Assembly (NCBI GenBank): GCA_020184695.1
Contig: JAANOX010000195.1
Location: forward strand, 1-64,000
DNA from: Histomonas meleagridis 2922-C6/04-290x
Taxonomy: Eukaryota > Protista > Parabasalia
Direction of reading: 5' to 3'
Length of the DNA stretch: 64,000 nt
The position numbers and the translations under genes were made by a program. Numbering within the stretch: position 1 is the first letter of the stretch; each line of letters begins with the position of its first letter. The notes beneath the pieces are model-generated. The model saw only the letters and a program-made list of their open reading frames with translations. It did no database searches and was not told the origin of the DNA. Below, in pieces: positions 58,061 to 64,000 of this stretch.

Positions 58061-59929
58061 TTACTGCGAATCTTCTTGCCACTGCGAGTCCTGCGTAGAG
58101 TTATTATCCTCTGATTCCAAGTCACTTTTACTACTTTTCGCCAGGTACCTATTCTGCGCCGCCAATTCTCTGTCTTCCTTATTCTTCTTTATCCACACTT
58201 CCTCGTTTACGAAAGCGTACTTCAGCTTCGGCGGGATTATTGCCTTCATCTTCAATTCCGCCAAAGACATTGGCTTATAGTTCATGAAAATCACAACTTT
58301 GTCGGCGTCGGTCAGCAAAGATCGGTCATTTAAAGCTGTCGGCTTTCGAGTTGACTCTTCGATTTGACCTTTGCCTTCGATCCACTCGGAAACGGTGAAA
58401 TCCGTTGGGAAGAACTGCGGCGTTATTCTGCACTCGGGGCCATCCGCTATTCGGAATATGAATATGCCGCCTGTTGCGTCCGATGATATTATTGATAATC
58501 CATCAGATGTCCAATGCGCATCATGAATACGTGGTGTTTCGACTGGAATGATTAATGTATGAAGTGGCTCACTCGATTTATATATGTCCCATATCGTGAT
58601 ATATGATTTGGATACAACTAAAAAAACACTAGGCAAGAATGGATGCGATTCGATTTTCTCTAATTCTTTCATGTATATGTTGTCTTCAACATGGATCATG
58701 GGCGTGGTATCTTCAATCTTCCAACAAAAAAGTGATTGTGATGTGATAGCACATAATATGTTTTCGGTGCACCCCAAAGAAACACCGATAATGTATCGGC
58801 GGGAGACGTTTACGCGAACTGAAAAAGTGGAAACACATTGAATTTTGTCTTTAAGTTGCCAAATTTTAATGTCGCCGCCTTTAGATGACCAACTAAAAAT
58901 ATGATTAAAAGAATATTTCATAAAACATGCATAATCGACTGGTGCATTATGTGCACGAACAGTCCATTTATGATTTGATGGAATATGAACAACTGTAATG
59001 GAACCAGTATCTTGTGATGCGACTCCAAAGTTACCACCCGGGGAAAAAGAAAAATGAAGAACACCGCCTTTGAGTTGTAAAGGCTTTTTAAGCTTTGGAG
59101 GACTCGAAATGAATTTGTGTGTGTCGATGTCAGGAAAATATGTAACTTTTTCACAGGAACTAAAAATGTCATTCACGAGTGAATTGCACTCGTATTGACT
59201 GAGTTCGTTTGATATGACACTCTGAACATTTGATAGAACATCGGGAAGTTTAGAAACATTGTATATCCGAAGACTACCAAATGAAGTAGCGATGGCTAAA
59301 TAACGACCACATGGTGAAAATGCAACAGAATTGATACTTCCAAGATTGGGGTTTGGTAAAACGGAAACTGCAAAACCATCTTCAAGAGACCAAAGCCGAA
59401 CACAGTGGTCTTCTTTACCAAAAGAAGCAAGAAGTTTTTTATCAGGAGACATAGAAAGTCCGGAAATGGCATCAATATGACCTTTGAGTGTGTGCATAAG
59501 AGTAAGAGATGGAATGTGCCAAACTTTGATATTGGAATCATCTGAACCAGTAATAAAAAATGTACCATTTGGATCAATAAGAATGTGCTGTACAAGTCTT
59601 GTGTGACCAATAATTCTGTGAGTAAGGGCTATGCGTTTAAGACAATTATATATTAGATTTAAACGCCTTTGTGAAACATTTGTGCATTTTTGAGGAAAAA
59701 CTGTTGAATTATGTATAAGAGATGGATAGTTTGTCTTAGGGAGACTAGTAACAAGCAAATTATGAAAGAAGTTTGGTGGTAATGAATTTGTAATTGTTTC
59801 AGCATTTTCTTTTGTTTGTTGATGTTGAAATGCTTGTTCTGCATAATGTTCTGATATTTGTGGATCAAACTCTTTTAAAAAAGCATATGTTAGTGTTGAC
59901 GCCTCAAACGCTGCATTTTGATTTTCCAT
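58061..59929 (-). CDS. WD40-repeat protein, BRWD/PHIP-like N-terminal region
   Basis: IIGHTRLVQHILIDPNGTFFITGSDDSNIKVW, LKGHIDAIS and QFFPTDF motifs. No bromodomain. First ATG at 59929. Confidence 0.75.
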   Translation of the reverse strand: MENQNAAFEASTLTYAFLKEFDPQISEHYAEQAFQHQQTKENAETITNSLPPNFFHNLLVTSLPKTNYPSLIHNSTVFPQKCTNVSQRRLNLIYNCLKRIALTHRIIGHTRLVQHILIDPNGTFFITGSDDSNIKVWHIPSLTLMHTLKGHIDAISGLSMSPDKKLLASFGKEDHCVRLWSLEDGFAVSVLPNPNLGSINSVAFSPCGRYLAIATSFGSLRIYNVSKLPDVLSNVQSVISNELSQYECNSLVNDIFSSCEKVTYFPDIDTHKFISSPPKLKKPLQLKGGVLHFSFSPGGNFGVASQDTGSITVVHIPSNHKWTVRAHNAPVDYACFMKYSFNHIFSWSSKGGDIKIWQLKDKIQCVSTFSVRVNVSRRYIIGVSLGCTENILCAITSQSLFCWKIEDTTPMIHVEDNIYMKELEKIESHPFLPSVFLVVSKSYITIWDIYKSSEPLHTLIIPVETPRIHDAHWTSDGLSIISSDATGGIFIFRIADGPECRITPQFFPTDFTVSEWIEGKGQIEESTRKPTALNDRSLLTDADKVVIFMNYKPMSLAELKMKAIIPPKLKYAFVNEEVWIKKNKEDRELAAQNRYLAKSSKSDLESEDNNSTQDSQWQEDSQ

Positions 59930-60233
59930 TAGCCAATTTGAAGGATGCCCCTGATTAAAAGTAAACGGTTTCAGCTTAACGTTCTCATTTAAAAGTAAAT
60001 TTTTCTTTTGCAAAATCAACACCAAATATTTGTTATTTCCACTTTATTAACTTACCTCTATTTTGATTCCAATTGTATAAATTAATCTTATTTATTATAA
60101 TCTGATTATCACCAAATCATTTTAAACCATTTCCAAAAAAAGTTCCAAAGATATAATAAATTAATTAAATTACAAAAAAATTTATATGTTTGAAATTGTA
60201 TATTTAAAATAAGATACGAATTATTATTATTGT

Positions 60234-61280
60234 TTAGAGTTCAGTTTTTTCTTCTTCCTTTTCTTCTTTAGCTGGTTCTTCTTCTACTTCTTTTGGAACA
60301 AATTGTTGGAAGACATTGAGACGCTTCTTCATTCCGTCGAGAGAAGCGAATGATCCTTTACGAGCTTCAAGGAGATTATTCATTGTTTCAATATCCTTTT
60401 CTATTTGTTCTTGTCCTTTTGCAATATAACGTTCCATTACTTTAACATAGAATTCGGCACCTTTGATTGCTTTCATCTTCTCTACAATTGGTTCCTTCTC
60501 AGTTGAGCTTAAGAACTCAGTAACAATTGGTGCAGCTTCTTCTATAAGACCTGCTTTGTCATTGAGGAGACCGTTAACGGCACGTTCTGTTCCGCACTTA
60601 TCGTTGATGAAGTTCACAACCGCTTCAGCAGTACGTTTACCTGTGTACTTTTCGAATTCGCCATCTTTGAACAATCTGATTGTTGGGAATCCGGGAATAT
60701 CATTCTTTTCACAAAAATCGTTATATTCATCGCAGTTAAGCCTAGAAATAACAATTTGAGGATCTGCTTGGAAAGCATTAGCTGCAATCTTTGCTTGAGG
60801 AAGAAAATGTTTACAATGACCACACCATGGTGCAAAAAATGTGTTTAAAACACATTTGTGGTTGCTAACAGTGGTATTAAAATTGGATGGATTTAAATCA
60901 ATGAGATTATTGGGTGGAAGTTTTGCTTTGATGTTTGTTTGGTTTTCAACAAATTTACAAAAATCTTCAGACTTACGTTTGCCTTCGTATTCAACACCTG
61001 TTGTTTCCTTAGCTTTGTAAAACATGATTGTTGGGTAACCGTCGATCTTATACTTTTCGCAAAGTTCTGTTTCTTCAATACAATTTAATCCACCAAAAGT
61101 AACTTCTGTAAAAGCAGTTGCTGCTTCAGCAAAATCTTCTGCCATTGCTTCACAATGTGGACATTTTGTACTATAAAACTTAATAAAAGCTGGGCGATTA
61201 CCCCCAATGATATTGTCTATGTTTTTTGATGTTAATTCAACATAAGCTGATGATATGAACTGAGTGAGAACAAAAAACAT
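60234..61280 (-). CDS. Protein disulfide isomerase (two Trx domains plus ERp29-like C-terminal domain)
   Basis: CPHC and WCGHC active sites, helical C-terminal domain, ends in KTEL. ATG at 61280. Confidence 0.92.
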   Translation of the reverse strand: MFFVLTQFISSAYVELTSKNIDNIIGGNRPAFIKFYSTKCPHCEAMAEDFAEAATAFTEVTFGGLNCIEETELCEKYKIDGYPTIMFYKAKETTGVEYEGKRKSEDFCKFVENQTNIKAKLPPNNLIDLNPSNFNTTVSNHKCVLNTFFAPWCGHCKHFLPQAKIAANAFQADPQIVISRLNCDEYNDFCEKNDIPGFPTIRLFKDGEFEKYTGKRTAEAVVNFINDKCGTERAVNGLLNDKAGLIEEAAPIVTEFLSSTEKEPIVEKMKAIKGAEFYVKVMERYIAKGQEQIEKDIETMNNLLEARKGSFASLDGMKKRLNVFQQFVPKEVEEEPAKEEKEEEKTEL

Positions 61281-61478
61281 TTGGCAATTTGGCTTGTCAA
61301 CGCGGTTTTGGCGGCCAATTAAAAACGGTTTCAAGAAATAATAAACGGGTTCCGAAGTTAAAAAAGCTTTTCACTAAGGAATGTAAAAACAAATAATTAG
61401 TTTTTCAAACTCTTATTTAAAAAAAGGTGTGCGTTATTCAAGGATAAAAAATTTCGAAAAATCATAAATTGAATTTAA

Positions 61479-62177
61479 TTAAAGCTCGTCATTAAGTTGT
61501 GGAAGATAATTAATGACTTCTGTAAGATTATGGACTTCGATCTGTGGATCGTAAATTGTTGCGGACTTCATATTACCCCTATTGACCCAAATCTTATTTG
61601 GCCATTTCATTTCAGCTGCTGGAAATATATCCCACCAGTATCCAGCAGCAACATGTGTATGGTTATTATGGTCGAAATCAAGTTTTTCATGGACATATTT
61701 GAAAAATTCTAAGCGTGGTTTGTAATTTTTAACCTCATCAGCTAAATAAGCAATTTCAAATAAATCGCCAAGTGCTTTTCTGTTATTGTCCATAATTGCT
61801 TTCATACTATTTGACATCATAGCTATTGTATATCCGCGATTTTTGATTTCAGTAAGGGCCTCAACAACTTCTGGGAATGGCTTGAGATTATTATATGCAT
61901 CAATAACACGATCATATGCTTTTTCAAAGCAGTTTGTGTTTAAGTAAATATCTGTCCAAAAGAGTGCCCTCTGGATTTTGACATCCAAGTCAGCATACTC
62001 TTCTCCATACATAACTTCATCTTCAGATGAGGAATATGTATTGGCGGCATTTACTGGATCGACATTATTTTCTTTAGCAATTTCCTTGATTCGATCAGTA
62101 ATTGAACTCATATCAAGGAGTGTTCCATAGACATCAAATGTAACATAATGAATAGCAAGAAATGAGAAAATTATCAT
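61479..62177 (-). CDS. HAD-family, 2-haloacid dehalogenase-like hydrolase with hydrophobic leader
   Basis: FDVYGTLLD, MSNS, YKP and HVAAGYWWD motifs. Confidence 0.85.
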   Translation of the reverse strand: MIIFSFLAIHYVTFDVYGTLLDMSSITDRIKEIAKENNVDPVNAANTYSSSEDEVMYGEEYADLDVKIQRALFWTDIYLNTNCFEKAYDRVIDAYNNLKPFPEVVEALTEIKNRGYTIAMMSNSMKAIMDNNRKALGDLFEIAYLADEVKNYKPRLEFFKYVHEKLDFDHNNHTHVAAGYWWDIFPAAEMKWPNKIWVNRGNMKSATIYDPQIEVHNLTEVINYLPQLNDEL

Positions 62178-62377
62178 TGAATTAAAAATTTTAATGGTTC
62201 GTTACCGATATTAAAGTCAAGTGACTTAACGTCTTTTTTCGGTTAATGATATTATTTTTTTTAGAAAAAGATTACAGTAAAAATATGATTCTAATTAACT
62301 TTTAATGTTTAACCAAATACCTTTTTCTTCTTTTGAGAACAAAAACCTTTTTTTAAGACTTTACATTCTTTAATTAT

Positions 62378-63214
62378 TTAAACATCTCTTGAGACGAGTG
62401 CACTTGTATTTAAGGACTCATATCCTTGCTTTCTCTTTCGCAACATAACAACTAATACAATGACCACAATAATGATTACGACAGCACCAATGCATAAGCC
62501 AACTAATAACCATGGGAAAGATTTTGGATTTTCCAACTCTGGAAGGAATTCAAGTGCCGCAGTTAGATTGGAGACGACATGGTAAGGCTCGAAACGTGAT
62601 GAGACACCTTCACCTGCACGATTAACCCAAATCTTTGTCCAGTTCATTTCGTTAGCAGGAAATATATCTGCCCAAATACCTTGAGCAATGTGTGTATGAC
62701 CGTTGTGATCAAAGTCAAGTTTTTGATGTACATATCTGAAAAATTGGAGATTTGGCTTGAAAGCTTTAGATTCGTCTGCTAAAACAGCCATATCAAGGAC
62801 ATCACCAAGAGCTTTTCTGTTGAAATCCATAAGTGAGGTAACAGAATTTGACATGGCAACAAGTGTATATCCTCTCCTTTTCATTTCTTTAAGGGCATCA
62901 ATGACTTCTGGGAATGGCTTGTATTCATTGTATGTTTGTATTATTCGATCATAAGATTTTTCGAAACAATCAGAATTCATGTTTAAATCTGTCCAGAAAA
63001 GAGCTTTTTTAAGTTTTTGATCCCAATCTGCATATTCTTCACCCCATACAACGCGTCCTTCACAATTTGAATATGTTGTTGCGGCTAATTCAGGATCCAA
63101 ACCATTTTCACGTGCAATTGCTTTAATTGTTTGACTTTTTGTGCTAATGTTTAAAAGCGTTCCATATATATCAAATGTGACATAATGAATAAGTAAAAAG
63201 GAGAAGATAATCAT
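62378..63214 (-). CDS. HAD-family, 2-haloacid dehalogenase-like paralog with C-terminal TM anchor
   Basis: FDIYGTLL, MSNS, FKP and HIAQGIWAD motifs, TM helix WLLVGLCIGAVVIIIVVIVLVVML, cytosolic YESL. Confidence 0.85.
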   Translation of the reverse strand: MIIFSFLLIHYVTFDIYGTLLNISTKSQTIKAIARENGLDPELAATTYSNCEGRVVWGEEYADWDQKLKKALFWTDLNMNSDCFEKSYDRIIQTYNEYKPFPEVIDALKEMKRRGYTLVAMSNSVTSLMDFNRKALGDVLDMAVLADESKAFKPNLQFFRYVHQKLDFDHNGHTHIAQGIWADIFPANEMNWTKIWVNRAGEGVSSRFEPYHVVSNLTAALEFLPELENPKSFPWLLVGLCIGAVVIIIVVIVLVVMLRKRKQGYESLNTSALVSRDV

Positions 63215-63395
63215 CGAAAATGGTTAATGTTTACTTTCAATACATCAGTTAAGGAGAATAACCGTTTCATGGCGACCGTTACACCTTAGAAATCATTCAA
63301 TGCCAAGCCGTTAGTTTTATCTGAAAAGTTTTTATTGCCCTACTGAAAATCGTATCGGATATTTCAAAAATTTGAGTAAATTTGAGATGGTCTTG

Positions 63396-64000
63396 CTAGA
63401 TGAATCCGAAGCCTTCAGTATGGGTAATAGCAATTAAAACCTTCTTTTTCATTTCTGCTTTAGTTCTATAGCAAGGCAAGGTGAAGATACTAAAGCACGT
63501 ATGAGAAGTTGGCAACAATTTTGTATTTGTTGATTTTTGTATTGTAATTATAACATTTGCCAAACCACCCAAAGGAACTCCATCAGTACCAGTTGTAAAC
63601 TGCAGGAACTTTGATTTCATTTCATCGTTTAATTCATCAAATATTTCCCAAAACCAAATAACTTGCTTTGATTTAGGCGTATATCCATCACTATACTTTG
63701 CGTTTTGCTTTAATGCGTTCCAATCCAAAACTTTTTCTCCACTTGCCAATATATCTATTTCATCTGGAGTAAACATTTCGAAGAATTTTCCATGGCATAA
63801 CTTAGTAAACCCATCATAGAACGCATTAAACGAAGATTCTATTGATTTGTTTGTATACCAATCCAAATATTTTTCGATATAAATTTCTACGTTTTCATTT
63901 GTCACATCGATATTATCTCCATTTTCGATCAAATTTACTTCTTTTTTATTCCCGAACACGTCAATTGTTGCTGTAAAGTTCAACATCAAGTCAGAAATAT
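63396..64000 (-). CDS. HECT-domain E3 ubiquitin ligase, 3' part (runs off the window edge)
   Basis: VIWFWEIF, FLQFTTGT..VP.GG and LPTSHTCF..L.LP.Y motifs. The frame is open to the window edge. Confidence 0.93.
   Translation of the reverse strand, partial: ISDLMLNFTATIDVFGNKKEVNLIENGDNIDVTNENVEIYIEKYLDWYTNKSIESSFNAFYDGFTKLCHGKFFEMFTPDEIDILASGEKVLDWNALKQNAKYSDGYTPKSKQVIWFWEIFDELNDEMKSKFLQFTTGTDGVPLGGLANVIITIQKSTNTKLLPTSHTCFSIFTLPCYRTKAEMKKKVLIAITHTEGFGFI

Noticed and set aside
15478-62954. Many small antisense or alternate-frame ORFs inside long genes
   Set aside because: They are shadow ORFs of well-supported CDSs with no independent motifs.

Overview
AT-rich, gene-dense and essentially intron-free eukaryotic DNA. 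It is most likely from a parabasalid protist (Trichomonas/Tritrichomonas/Histomonas-like), judged from the DUF3447-type ankyrin gene, BspA-like LRR surface proteins, an IBD-like protein and M3/M5-type core promoter motifs. Housekeeping genes: RPL30, RPL9, an XRN exoribonuclease, CK2-alpha-like kinase, two Rabs, Hsp70, adaptin, RWDD1-like, PDI, a partial HECT ligase and tRNA-Leu(TAA). The most striking signal is at 8368-11778. An ankyrin gene continues as 20 stop-free modules (99 nt each, one 90 nt), separated by 21 AT-rich spacers. Sixteen spacers are exactly 71 nt and break the frame, none has consistent GT-AG signals, and most carry a fixed-position TGGAA motif. This suggests an undescribed non-canonical intron, bypass or cassette system. 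Second, 27810-42570 is a large inverted segmental duplication around a 5.2-kb core. One arm carries an (A-B)x11-A 104-bp array where the other has a solo A, and the arms encode different RING C-termini. Two MITE-like elements are also present, one with an 8-bp TSD and IS1595/Merlin-like ends. All coordinates, counts and alignments were done by eye, and no database searches were run.
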